From Snowella sp. (GTDB taxonomy: Bacteria > Cyanobacteriota > Cyanobacteriia > Cyanobacteriales > Microcystaceae): a stretch of DNA of 64,000 bases. The position numbers and the translations under genes were made by a program. The stretch is taken from assembly GCA_035285545.1 (NCBI GenBank), contig JAYKGY010000105.1, positions 19,533-83,532 of the forward strand, read 5' to 3'. The first letter of the stretch is position 1. Each line of letters begins with the position of its first letter. Below are positions 53,087 through 62,340 of the stretch, piece by piece. The notes beneath the pieces were generated by a model. The model was not told the DNA's origin. It saw nothing but the letters and a program-made list of their open reading frames with translations, and made no database searches.

Positions 53087-53114
53087 ATTCTACTACGAAG
53101 TTTGACACTTTGTC
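53087..53114 (-). promoter_or_regulatory. petE promoter: -10 TAGAAT and candidate PetR box
   Basis: GAC-ACTTT-GTC at 53104..53114 over the -35/spacer region. Confidence 0.5.
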
Positions 53115-53215
53115 GTAGGAGCCAGAAAAAGCCGAAATTCGGTCAATCGGTTATCCACACTCAGCACCGATGCGGTAATTGAAGACAATAGGAATAGTTG
53201 TCATAGGCTAATTCG

Positions 53216-53518
53216 ATGAAATTTCCTCTCCAATCGCTCTACGGTTTATATCGCAACGCTATCCGTAATCCCCGATATCGCTGGTGGATGATCTTAGGCA
53301 CGTTAGTTTATCTGCTCAGTCCCTTGGACATTTCTCCCGATGTTTTGCCGATTGTGGGGGAAATTGATGATTTCGTATTGGTTACGATGTTAATGACGGA
53401 GGTTTCCCAACTCGTGATTGAAAAACTGAAATCTCGTTCATCCCCTGTTTCCGTTACCGAAGCCTCTAATTCTCCCGCAGAGACCACCATCGAGGTTAAA
53501 GCCGTTTCTCTGGATTAG
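53216..53518 (+). CDS. YkvA/DUF1232 family protein
   Basis: [19 protein letters not shown]. Confidence 0.9.
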   Translation: MKFPLQSLYGLYRNAIRNPRYRWWMILGTLVYLLSPLDISPDVLPIVGEIDDFVLVTMLMTEVSQLVIEKLKSRSSPVSVTEASNSPAETTIEVKAVSLD

Positions 53519-54437
53519 TTCCCGTTAAAATTTTTTGCAGGGATGATCGCAATTCACGATATTGAAACTTAAAGCCGGCGGATTCAGTGGCTCTGGGTAA
53601 TACCTGTTGACCTTCTAAAACTACCTGGGCGGCCTCTCCTAGTAGTAAGGACAGCGCAAAGTCAGGCACCGGCAACCAAGATGGACGATGGAGAATATTT
53701 CCTAATGTTTGACAAAATTCAGCCATACGGACGGGATTTGGCGCAGTTGCATTAAAAGTTCCTGCCATCTCGGCATGGGTCAAGGCAAACAGGATTAACT
53801 GAATTAAATCATCCCGATCAATCCAGGAAAACCATTGCTGACCTTTCCCAATCGGCCCACCGGCAAACAGTTGAAAAGGCGGGATCATTTTGGCTAAGGC
53901 TCCCCCATTCCCTAAAACAATCCCCAATCGTAAAATAACTAAACGAACATCGAGGGCTTGAACTTTGCGAGCTTCGGTTTCCCATTTTTGGCAGACCTCG
54001 GCTAAAAAATCCTTACCTGATGAACTGCTTTCCGTAAACATCGCGGTTTCACTAGAGCCGTAGTAACCGATCGCCGAAGCATTGATTAACACTTGAGGCT
54101 TGGGATCAGCCTTCCTAATGGCTTCTACGATTTTTTGAGTGCCGAGTTGCCGACTTTCGAGAATGGCTTTTTTATGTTCGGGTGTCCACCGTTCCGCGAT
54201 TGGTTCTCCCGCTAAATTAATGACGGCATCGCACCCTTGAATGCTATTTTGCCAATCCCCTGATTGAGTCGGCTGATAGGCAATAATTTCGAGATTAGAA
54301 AAAGCGGATTTTGGAAACAGTTTCTGGGCTTTTTGAGTATTCCGCGCCAAAATAACGAGATGGTGACCTTCACTGTGTAATTTCGGAACTAATCCTGTGC
54401 CGACAAATCCTGTTGCCCCCGCGATCGCAATTTTCAT
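53496..54437 (-). CDS. TIGR01777-family NAD-dependent epimerase (ThyD/SulA-like)
   Basis: [32 protein letters not shown]. Confidence 0.92.
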   Translation of the reverse strand: MKIAIAGATGFVGTGLVPKLHSEGHHLVILARNTQKAQKLFPKSAFSNLEIIAYQPTQSGDWQNSIQGCDAVINLAGEPIAERWTPEHKKAILESRQLGTQKIVEAIRKADPKPQVLINASAIGYYGSSETAMFTESSSSGKDFLAEVCQKWETEARKVQALDVRLVILRLGIVLGNGGALAKMIPPFQLFAGGPIGKGQQWFSWIDRDDLIQLILFALTHAEMAGTFNATAPNPVRMAEFCQTLGNILHRPSWLPVPDFALSLLLGEAAQVVLEGQQVLPRATESAGFKFQYRELRSSLQKILTGTNPEKRL

Positions 54438-54630
54438 AAAAAATTTTTAAAGTGAAATTAATTTGAATAATTTATCCCGAAAAAGGAAAATAAAATCGCT
54501 ACTTTAATTTAAGAATAACGCAAAACATCAACTGAATTGTTTGTCTTGTCTTTCCATCTCACTAATTAATTGAAAGCAAACCAAATTCCTCTCTCCCTCT
54601 GGGCGAGTTAGTGATCTCCTTGAGTGGAAT

Positions 54631-54999
54631 TTATTTATCTTGATAACCCATGCCATTCGCTTCAGCATAGCGATTCATAAACCGCATAAATCGATCCCAA
54701 TGGTCATCTTTTTCAATTTCAAAACCACATTCAACCCCTTTTAATTCATCTCCTTCATCTCCGCCAAAGAGAAATCGTAACGATGAGGGTTCAGCCGTAA
54801 TGACTCCCTCAGAATCCGTTAAACGCAGCGCACCATGAAATTCGTTCGTAAAACTCTGGAATTTTTCAATCGCTTTTAAATTTTGGAACGTAAACATAAC
54901 CATACGCAATCCGGTCATTTTATTCCGTCGTAAACTGACATTGCTTAGGACTTCTGGCAATCCTGCAAAAAATTCAATGGTTGGTTCAGCTTCTATCAT
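54631..54999 (-). CDS. psb28: photosystem II assembly factor Psb28 (Psb28-2 type)
   Basis: IEFFAG.PE, LTDSEG, WDRFMRFMNRYAEANG. Confidence 0.9.
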   Translation of the reverse strand: MIEAEPTIEFFAGLPEVLSNVSLRRNKMTGLRMVMFTFQNLKAIEKFQSFTNEFHGALRLTDSEGVITAEPSSLRFLFGGDEGDELKGVECGFEIEKDDHWDRFMRFMNRYAEANGMGYQDK

Positions 55000-55276
55000 G
55001 ATCGTTGAATGATGTAATCATTAAAAATAGGGTACTTTCATGTTTTCGTTGTATGAAATATTTACCAATTTTTAAAGCTGTTTTAATAAAAGTATAGGTT
55101 TATAAAAAATAGTTTAACGCTTCAGGAAGTAGGTTGATGATCAAAAAAAGTTTAAAATTCAGTTTAAGAAATTAGAAAAAATTAACAGCAAATTAATAAC
55201 AATTGATTAACAGTAATAAAATAGAGAATGAAGAAAACTAAGCCTCTCCATTCTTTACACCATGAGAAATTAAAAG

Positions 55277-55384
55277 TTATTCTCCACCTTGTAATCTAAT
55301 GATTAAAAATCCCCAAGCTAAACCCACTAAGGTCAGAACAGTCAGGATTACGGGAACGGTGTATAACATACTTTCTGCGGTCAT
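55277..55384 (-). CDS. petM: cytochrome b6-f subunit PetM (35 aa; not in ORF track)
   Basis: Hand translation [44 protein letters not shown]. Confidence 0.92.
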   Translation of the reverse strand: MTAESMLYTVPVILTVLTLVGLAWGFLIIRLQGGE

Positions 55385-55529
55385 GCTTGAGTCTCCTTGG
55401 ATGTGAAATTCTTGAATTGAGATAGTGTTTGAAGAAATGGCGGTAATTATCGTTCGTTTGTTATCAATTTACTAACAGCAGAAGGATAACCATTATTGGT
55501 ATTGTAGAACAACTAGGCTCTCCAAAATT

Positions 55530-56576
55530 ATGGTTATGGTTCAGGCATTTCTTCCCCATCTCGCGTTAACCTTGGGTGATCCCGCCGGCATCGGCCCAGA
55601 AGTGGTGTTAAAAGCGTTGGCTGATCCTTCCGTTACGCAACAGTGCCAAATTACCCTTGTCGGAACGCGATCGCTGTTAGAGCAATGTTATGTCAGGCTC
55701 AAAAATCAGGGTCAATTAGTGGCCGATCCCGAAAATTTCCCGATTTTAGAAATTCCTGTAGATCCCGCAACTCAAACCCAGATTGAACTAGGAACTGGAA
55801 ATGCCGCCAGTGGAAAAGCCAGTTTTGCCTATTTAGAGGCCGCGATCGCCGAGACTTTAGCCAGAAAATTTCACGGAATTGTCACTGCTCCCATTGCGAA
55901 ATCTGCCTGGAAAGCCGCAGGTCATCATTACCCCGGACAAACAGAAGTGTTAGCCCAAGGGGCCCAAGTAGAAAAATTTGGGATGCTTTTTGTAGCGCGA
56001 TCGCCCCATACCCAATGGACATTACGCACTCTCTTGGCAACTACCCATATTCCCTTAAATGAAGTTTCGACCACCCTAACCCCTGAGGTAATGAGCTTCA
56101 AATTAGATTTGTTGGTACAAACCCTTGATCAAGATTTTGGATTAAGTCAACCGACTATCGCGATCGCGGGACTAAATCCCCACAGTGGCGAACAGGGACA
56201 ATTGGGTACAGAAGAACAGGATTGGTTAATTCCTTGGTTAGAGGAAGCACGCCAACAATATCCGAATGTTCAATTAATCGGCCCCGTTCCGCCTGACACC
56301 CTTTGGGTTAAACCGGGCCAAGCCTGGTTTCAAGATGCAACCGTTAACACCGCCGATGGTTATTTGGCTCTCTATCACGATCAGGGCTTAATTCCGGTAA
56401 AACTCCTTGCCTTTGATCAAGCCATTAATACCACCATTGGTTTACCCTTTATTCGCACTTCTCCCGATCACGGAACCGCGTTTGATATTGCCGTTCAAGG
56501 GATTGCTAAAGCCGATAGCATGAAAGCCGCCATTACCCTAGCCACCGAGTTAGCCCACTCTCGATTTGGATATTGA
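55530..56576 (+). CDS. pdxA: 4-hydroxythreonine-4-phosphate dehydrogenase
   Basis: [38 protein letters not shown]. Confidence 0.97.
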   Translation: MVMVQAFLPHLALTLGDPAGIGPEVVLKALADPSVTQQCQITLVGTRSLLEQCYVRLKNQGQLVADPENFPILEIPVDPATQTQIELGTGNAASGKASFAYLEAAIAETLARKFHGIVTAPIAKSAWKAAGHHYPGQTEVLAQGAQVEKFGMLFVARSPHTQWTLRTLLATTHIPLNEVSTTLTPEVMSFKLDLLVQTLDQDFGLSQPTIAIAGLNPHSGEQGQLGTEEQDWLIPWLEEARQQYPNVQLIGPVPPDTLWVKPGQAWFQDATVNTADGYLALYHDQGLIPVKLLAFDQAINTTIGLPFIRTSPDHGTAFDIAVQGIAKADSMKAAITLATELAHSRFGY

Positions 56577-56709
56577 TCGCTGAAAAATTTTAACGATAGC
56601 TTTCTGGCCTCAAAAAGTCATCAAAGAAGATGAAATTCAAGGGGAGCGTCTATTTGGCGATCGCGTCGCTTTCAGGAAAGAGGGTCTGTTTAAACGAAAA
56701 AATTGGGCG

Positions 56710-57441
56710 TTAATTTTTCTTGTTTTTGTCTTGATTCTTCCTGAATTTACGTTCAAAACCCGCAGCAAATCCCAATGCACTCATTGAGCCTAAAATAGTT
56801 AGGGGTTCGGGAACCACATTCGCGTTAACCGCAAATACCCGTTGAGAAAATTGAGAATTCCACACAGCCCCCGCATCGTTACTAGTAAATAATGCAGCAG
56901 GAGGGGGGGTTAAGCCAGTATATCCAGGGGAGGCAGTACAGTTAGTATCCAAACAGCTCGACTGAATCGAAAAACTACTACCACTGGCAGTACGAATAGC
57001 AAATGCATAGGTCGTATTGGCTGACAGCGAAATATTAGAAGTCGGGTTGAAGGTAACAACCGTCGGACTGAAAGGGTTAAGGGTTACCGATTGGCTCAGG
57101 GTTGCGAATGGAACTGAATTTCCCATTAAAACGTTACTTCCATTCAGTGAACTATTATCGTATAAATCCACAAAGACGTTCTCTGTTCCCCCGGTAAGAC
57201 TGGCTAACCCAAGTTGAATATTCGTTAAGGTTGAAAGTTCTGAAGGAGTCCGGAATGATGCACCAGTTCGGTCATCGTCTGATAATTGATAGACCTGATT
57301 AGCACTCGGAGTCCCCGTCAAATTAATATTACTAACCAAAGAAACAGAATAGGCTTTGACTGGGCTAGCAATGAATAAAGCAGCGACAGTAGAAACACCT
57401 GTGATTGCTAAAGACTGAGTGAGCATATAATCTCTTTGCAT
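56710..57441 (-). CDS. PEP-CTERM sorting-domain protein
   Basis: Signal peptide; VPEPLTILG + TM + basic tail. Confidence 0.9.
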   Translation of the reverse strand: MQRDYMLTQSLAITGVSTVAALFIASPVKAYSVSLVSNINLTGTPSANQVYQLSDDDRTGASFRTPSELSTLTNIQLGLASLTGGTENVFVDLYDNSSLNGSNVLMGNSVPFATLSQSVTLNPFSPTVVTFNPTSNISLSANTTYAFAIRTASGSSFSIQSSCLDTNCTASPGYTGLTPPPAALFTSNDAGAVWNSQFSQRVFAVNANVVPEPLTILGSMSALGFAAGFERKFRKNQDKNKKN

Positions 57442-57721
57442 CGATTTGGATTCAAAATTTAAAGATTGTAAGATTCAAAAATATCATCCCCAGAATTGTA
57501 TATCATAATAATTTGTAAATATCAACAAAATATCAAGAAAACTGTATTTTTCTGTCGCTTTGCTTCATCAAGATATCAATATCTATTTCACCCATTTCTG
57601 AAAGTTTATTTGAGCCTAGCATCCAAAAATAGCAGGCAGAAAGATTGATATTTAAAATCAGCAGCGTCTATTTTTCAGTTATTCATCAGTATTCACTTCT
57701 GATATGATTTTTCCTTCGCTC

Positions 57722-57897
57722 TCTAGCCACCTACCTTCGCCTTACAATACTTGCAATAATGGTTGAGCCACTTCTAACAATTAGGCACTCAATCTCTGAA
57801 ATCCCCGCAATTATCGCAATGGGTTTTAGGTTTCCGTCGGATCAAGATTGCTACATCTCTTGAGTTCCGGTAAACGGGGACGGGCTAACTGGCTGAC
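57722..57897 (-). ncRNA. ssaA: 6S RNA (cyanobacterial 6Sa)
   Basis: About 175 nt rod: 5' AGCCA..CCCCGTTTAC pairs with 3' GTAAGGCGAAGG..TGGCT; internal GAACTCAAGAGA, GATCCGACGGAAAC and TCAACC resemble cyanobacterial 6S as recalled; ends approximate. Confidence 0.72.
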
Positions 57898-58003
57898 TCA
57901 TTTAGGACAATGGGGATAGGAATGGGCGATCGCTAAAATCTATACTTTTTCGGGCTTTTGAGCAATAATGAAAAAAGTATGAAAATAAAGTTAACACGCT
58001 TCC

Positions 58004-58378
58004 ATGACAAGTCTAAGTTCCCCAGAGGTTGAATCAACGTTATCTGAGCAAACTATCCAAACCCTTGAAGCCCTAGAACCTGTTAAAAAGCCGACTAATC
58101 ATTTTCGCTCCGTCTTTGCTTCAACCTTTTTAACCATTTTCTTTGCTGAAATGGGAGATAAAACCCAACTCAGTACCCTACTCATGAGCGCAGAATCGCG
58201 ATCTCCGTGGGTGGTCTTTTTAGGTTCAGCGTTGGCTCTGATTGCCACGAGCTTGCTAGGAGTCTCCATCGGTTATTGGATCGCCCGAAGACTATCCCCA
58301 AAAACCCTAGATTTAGCCGTCGCTGTTTTATTGCTATTCATTACAGGCTTACTGTTAAACGACGTAATTACGGGTTAA
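58004..58378 (+). CDS. TMEM165/GDT1 (UPF0016) half-transporter
   Basis: FAEMGDKTQL motif, three TMs. Confidence 0.9.
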   Translation: MTSLSSPEVESTLSEQTIQTLEALEPVKKPTNHFRSVFASTFLTIFFAEMGDKTQLSTLLMSAESRSPWVVFLGSALALIATSLLGVSIGYWIARRLSPKTLDLAVAVLLLFITGLLLNDVITG

Positions 58379-58414
58379 TTGGCACAAATTTCAGGATATT
58401 TAAAGAGGATAACT

Positions 58415-58699
58415 ATGGATTGGCAACTGGTTGGCTTAAGCTTTATTACAGTGTTTTTGGCAGAAATTGGTGATAAAAGTCAGTTAGCCACGATCGCGTT
58501 GGGCAGTAGTGCAGATTCTCCCCGTGCGGTTTTATTAGGGTCAATTACCGCTTTGATTTTAGCCAGCTTTTTAGGGGTGATTGCCGGGGGAAGCATGGCC
58601 CAATTTTTACCGACTCAAATCCTAAAGGCGATCGCCGCGATCGGGTTTGCCGTGATGGCCTTAAAATTACTCTGGCCCGAAAACGAAGCCGAATCTTAA
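58415..58699 (+). CDS. TMEM165/GDT1 (UPF0016) half-transporter
   Basis: LAEIGDKSQL motif; GAGG RBS before ATG 58415. Confidence 0.9.
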   Translation: MDWQLVGLSFITVFLAEIGDKSQLATIALGSSADSPRAVLLGSITALILASFLGVIAGGSMAQFLPTQILKAIAAIGFAVMALKLLWPENEAES

Positions 58700-58713
58700 T
58701 TCCTGTAGCTTGT

Positions 58714-59682
58714 CTAAGACATCGCTAACATGCGTTGCATCGGTAATAAGGCTGCTTGCCGAATCGCTTCCGGTAGGGTTAACTCAGGCGTTTTATTTTT
58801 CATACATAAATACAACTTTTCTAAGGTATTTAAGCGCATATAGGGACATTCATTACAATTGCAATTATTGATAGCAGGGGCAGGAATAAAGGTTTTGTTA
58901 GGAGAGGCTTTTTCCATCTGATGAATAATACCCGGTTCGGTTGCCACAATAAAGGCTTGGCTTGGGCTTTGCTGGGTGTACTTTAATAGGGCTGTGGTCG
59001 AACCAATATAGTTGGCATGGCGTAAAATCGGCTCCTCACACTCAGGATGGGCAATAATTTCAGCGTGGGGATTCGCCATTTTCAAGTCAATAATTTTGCG
59101 TTCAGAAAAAGTTTCATGGACAATACAACTCCCTTCCCATAACACCAGATCTCGGCCCGTTTTTTGCATGACGTAACGTCCTAAATTGCGATCCGGCGCG
59201 AAAATAATGGGTTGATCGGGGGGAATTTGCTCAACAATTTTGACCGCATTGGAACTAGTACAAATAATGTCGCTCATAGCCTTGATTTCCGCAGTGCAGT
59301 TGATATAGGAAATCACTAAATGGTCAGGATGAGCCGCTTTAAATTGGGCAAATTCATCGGGAGGACAACTATCCGCCAAAGAACAACCCGCCTCAACATC
59401 AGGTAACAGCACTAATTTATGGGGATTGAGAATTTTGGCCGTTTCTGCCATAAAGTGAACACCAGCAAAGACAATCACATCGGCATCGGTCTGGGCTGCT
59501 TGTTGGGATAAACCAAGGGAATCCCCTAAATAGTCCGCAATATCTTGAATTTCCGAATTTTGGTAGTAGTGCGCCAGAATCACCGCATTTAATTCTTTTT
59601 TTAAACCTTTAATCGCGGCAACGAGGTCATGGGGAATGACGGTTTGGTTGGTTTGAACGGCTGGGTTAGTTAGTGTAAACAC
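58714..59682 (-). CDS. nadA: quinolinate synthase
   Basis: [39 protein letters not shown]. Confidence 0.97.
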   Translation of the reverse strand: MFTLTNPAVQTNQTVIPHDLVAAIKGLKKELNAVILAHYYQNSEIQDIADYLGDSLGLSQQAAQTDADVIVFAGVHFMAETAKILNPHKLVLLPDVEAGCSLADSCPPDEFAQFKAAHPDHLVISYINCTAEIKAMSDIICTSSNAVKIVEQIPPDQPIIFAPDRNLGRYVMQKTGRDLVLWEGSCIVHETFSERKIIDLKMANPHAEIIAHPECEEPILRHANYIGSTTALLKYTQQSPSQAFIVATEPGIIHQMEKASPNKTFIPAPAINNCNCNECPYMRLNTLEKLYLCMKNKTPELTLPEAIRQAALLPMQRMLAMS

Positions 59683-59706
59683 GGCGATCGCGGACTCCTA
59701 AACGGA

Positions 59707-59751
59707 TTATAGTTATTTCTACCATAATTATTATAGTTGATTTTACCAAAA
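59707..59751. promoter_or_regulatory. tandem NrtR-type operators upstream of nadA
   Basis: TTATAGT-TATTTCT-ACCATAA and TTATAGT-TGATTTT-ACCAAAA (21 bp, GT-N7-AC core). Confidence 0.75.
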
Positions 59752-59766
59752 TTCAGATCAAATAAA

Positions 59767-59807
59767 AATCTTTCCCTCCAGATAAATTCAACCTAGAAGG
59801 AAAGATT
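59767..59807 (-). terminator. hairpin downstream of sigD
   Basis: AATCTTTCC...GGAAAGATT with T-run on minus strand. Confidence 0.55.
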
Positions 59808-59819
59808 CGGATTGCTCCA

Positions 59820-60776
59820 TTAGCTGGCCAAATATTCTCGGATGGAAGATTTGCGTTTCCGCAGTTTGTTGAGAGCTTCTCGTTCAATTTGGCGAACCCG
59901 CTCCCGACTGATATTCAACAGCGTGCCAATTTTTGCTAAGGTTAGGGGTTGACCGTCCGACAGCCCAAAACGCAAGCCAATGACTTCCCGTTGCTGGGGC
60001 GTGAGATCGGCCATTAAATTCTCTAAATCCAACTGTAAAGAAGAATGGGTGGCAAAATCTTCCGGTTGGGGGCCGCTATCTTCTAATAATTCTCCCAATT
60101 CCGTATCCTGATTGTCCCCGACGCGCAAATCGAGAGACAGGGGATGACGGGCCCGCTCTAAATATTCCCGTACCTGTTTGGGAGGGATTTCCAGTTCCTT
60201 AGCCAGTTCCGCAATGGTAGCAGAGCGACCTTTTTCTTGGGCCAGTTGGCGTTGGGCTTTCTTGATTTTGTTTAATTTTTCAGTGATGTGAATGGGGAGG
60301 CGAATGGTGCGGCTTTTTTCGGCGATCGCCCTGGTAATCGCCTGACGAATCCACCAGTAAGCATAGGTCGAGAACCGATACCCCTTAGTCGGATCAAACT
60401 TTTCTACGCCCCGTTGCATCCCAATCGTTCCTTCCTGGATCAGATCTAACAGGTCTAGATTGCGTTTTAAATATTTTTTGGCCACGGAAACCACTAAGCG
60501 TAAATTGGCTTCAACCATCTTCCGTTTAGCTCTTTCTGCCTTTGCGATAACCGTTTCTAACTCAGACTCAGAAAGATTTGCAGCAGCAGCCCATTCAGCG
60601 TGACTCGGTTCATGGCCAAGGGTATTGGCAAGAGAATCCTTCAGTTCAACAAGTGCGACAGACTGTTGAATCCGCTTTGCAAGGACAATCTCTTCCTCAT
60701 GGGTCAGAAGAGGAACACGGCCAATTTCACGCAAATAAGCACGAACGGGATCTGGATTATTTGTCGCAGTCTTCAT
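59820..60776 (-). CDS. sigD: group 2 RNA polymerase sigma factor
   Basis: [48 protein letters not shown]; no region 1.1. Confidence 0.85.
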   Translation of the reverse strand: MKTATNNPDPVRAYLREIGRVPLLTHEEEIVLAKRIQQSVALVELKDSLANTLGHEPSHAEWAAAANLSESELETVIAKAERAKRKMVEANLRLVVSVAKKYLKRNLDLLDLIQEGTIGMQRGVEKFDPTKGYRFSTYAYWWIRQAITRAIAEKSRTIRLPIHITEKLNKIKKAQRQLAQEKGRSATIAELAKELEIPPKQVREYLERARHPLSLDLRVGDNQDTELGELLEDSGPQPEDFATHSSLQLDLENLMADLTPQQREVIGLRFGLSDGQPLTLAKIGTLLNISRERVRQIEREALNKLRKRKSSIREYLAS

Positions 60777-61296
60777 GACGAAAATTTAAAAGTGAAAAAT
60801 GGAATGAGTAGAGGAACAAGAGCGAAGGATAAAAATTAGCGGGTTGATAATCACCGTTAGAAGCTTCTCAAAAGCTAGCTAGTAGGGGGGACGAATACGG
60901 CACACTTAGAGTATGCCCAATTTAATTAAGATTTTTAAACTGCTTAACTAGAATAAAAAATTTTATGCTGTGTTCCTTAATAATACTATACATATCTTTA
61001 AGTTTTGTAAACTTTAGAACAGTTTTCTCAGAAATCAAGTAAGACTTTTTAAGAGCATGTCTTAATGTATAAGACGGCAAAATGGGGGTTTATCGCTGCT
61101 TTGTGAATTAATATCCGTGTTAAAAGCAAATTATTGGTCTTTATGCTAATTCCGCGATCGCGCAAATTAGTACAAACACATGCTAGGTAATTTCCCTGTT
61201 TTTAACTACGATTAGAACACCATCAAAGGAACATCCCCTGAGTCAATCGGAATCTATATATTTTGTCGTCTCTAGTCAAACTCGGTCATAACAAAA

Positions 61297-61395
61297 ATGG
61301 GTATTGATATCCCTAAATTAGTGGAATCATTTGGTTATTTGGGGTTGGGGGCAATCATTTTCGCTCTAAATCCGAGTAAGGTGATTTTGATTTAA
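61297..61395 (+). pseudogene. DedA-family N-terminal remnant (32 aa)
   Basis: MGIDIPKLVESFGYLGLGAIIFA resembles DedA N-terminus, diverges just before the expected E-S-G motif. Confidence 0.5.
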
Positions 61396-61487
61396 ACGTC
61401 CATTCAAGATAAAATTAAGCTAATATTGCTTAAATGGGTTTGATTAATCCCGAAAAATTACAATATTTCCATCAAAATTCTTTTAAA

Positions 61488-62228
61488 ATGCAATCTGAGT
61501 CTGTCAGCGATCGCTTCTCTCTATTTAGTACGGCTAGTGCGGAAACCTTAGAATGGTTCGTGAGCGGCTCTGAAGAACACAACTATGCAGAAAATAGCGT
61601 TTTAATTGATAAAGAAGATTGGGGAAAAGAGGCTATCTTTATTGTCTCAGGCTGGGTCAATGTTTGTGCATTGTCAAGCGGTCAGGAAGTGACCCTAGAT
61701 ATTCTTTCCACCGGTGATTATTTGGGCGAAATTGCTATCTTAGATGATTTTCCTCCCTTAGAACGAGTTGTTGCGCTTTCAGAAGTCCAATTACTTAAAA
61801 TTCCCGCCCAGCGATTTTTGCAGATGTTGTTGAAAGACTCCCAACTGCAACAGCGAATGCTTCAGTTAACCTTCCAAAAAGTCCGCCATTTATATCGTCG
61901 CTTAAAATCCTCTTCCCAATCTTCCCAACGTGCCTTCATCAAAACTTTGATGGATTTTGCCAAAAAATATGGTAAACCAACCGAGAGAGGTCTAAAAATT
62001 TTTAGAATCCCCGATCCCTGTTTTGCGACGATGTTGGGGCTGGAAGTGAGTGAAATCGAACAGATTATTGAAAAATTAAGCAAGAATAATTTAATCGAAA
62101 TTGATGAAAATTCTCAAACGCTTTATATCCCCAACTTAAAGCAATTGCAACATTTTTCTAAGCAACTATTAGTAAACCAACAATCTCTATTAATCCCCTC
62201 AAAACCCGATTTGTCGATAACAACTTAA
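61488..62228 (+). CDS. Crp/Fnr-family regulator
   Basis: cNMP domain FIVSGWV..GDYLGEIAILD..VVALSEV; divergent C-terminal HTH. Confidence 0.85.
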   Translation: MQSESVSDRFSLFSTASAETLEWFVSGSEEHNYAENSVLIDKEDWGKEAIFIVSGWVNVCALSSGQEVTLDILSTGDYLGEIAILDDFPPLERVVALSEVQLLKIPAQRFLQMLLKDSQLQQRMLQLTFQKVRHLYRRLKSSSQSSQRAFIKTLMDFAKKYGKPTERGLKIFRIPDPCFATMLGLEVSEIEQIIEKLSKNNLIEIDENSQTLYIPNLKQLQHFSKQLLVNQQSLLIPSKPDLSITT

Positions 62229-62253
62229 CTCTGCGATTAACATTAAAGCAGAA

Positions 62254-62330
62254 TTATCAACTATTAACTATTAACTATTAACTATCAACTATCAACTATT
62301 AACTATTAACTATTAACTATTAACTATTCA
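62254..62330 (+). repeat. heptamer tandem repeat (STRR-like), 11 units of CTAT(T/C)AA
   Basis: Direct count 62254..62330. Confidence 0.95.
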
Positions 62331-62340
62331 TTCAATTAAC

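Noticed and set aside
57790..58000. yybP-ykoY Mn riboswitch upstream of UPF0016 genes
   Set aside because: Conserved riboswitch motifs not seen; sequence fits 6S RNA on the opposite strand better
62254..62330. Possible CRISPR array
   Set aside because: 7-bp units with no spacers
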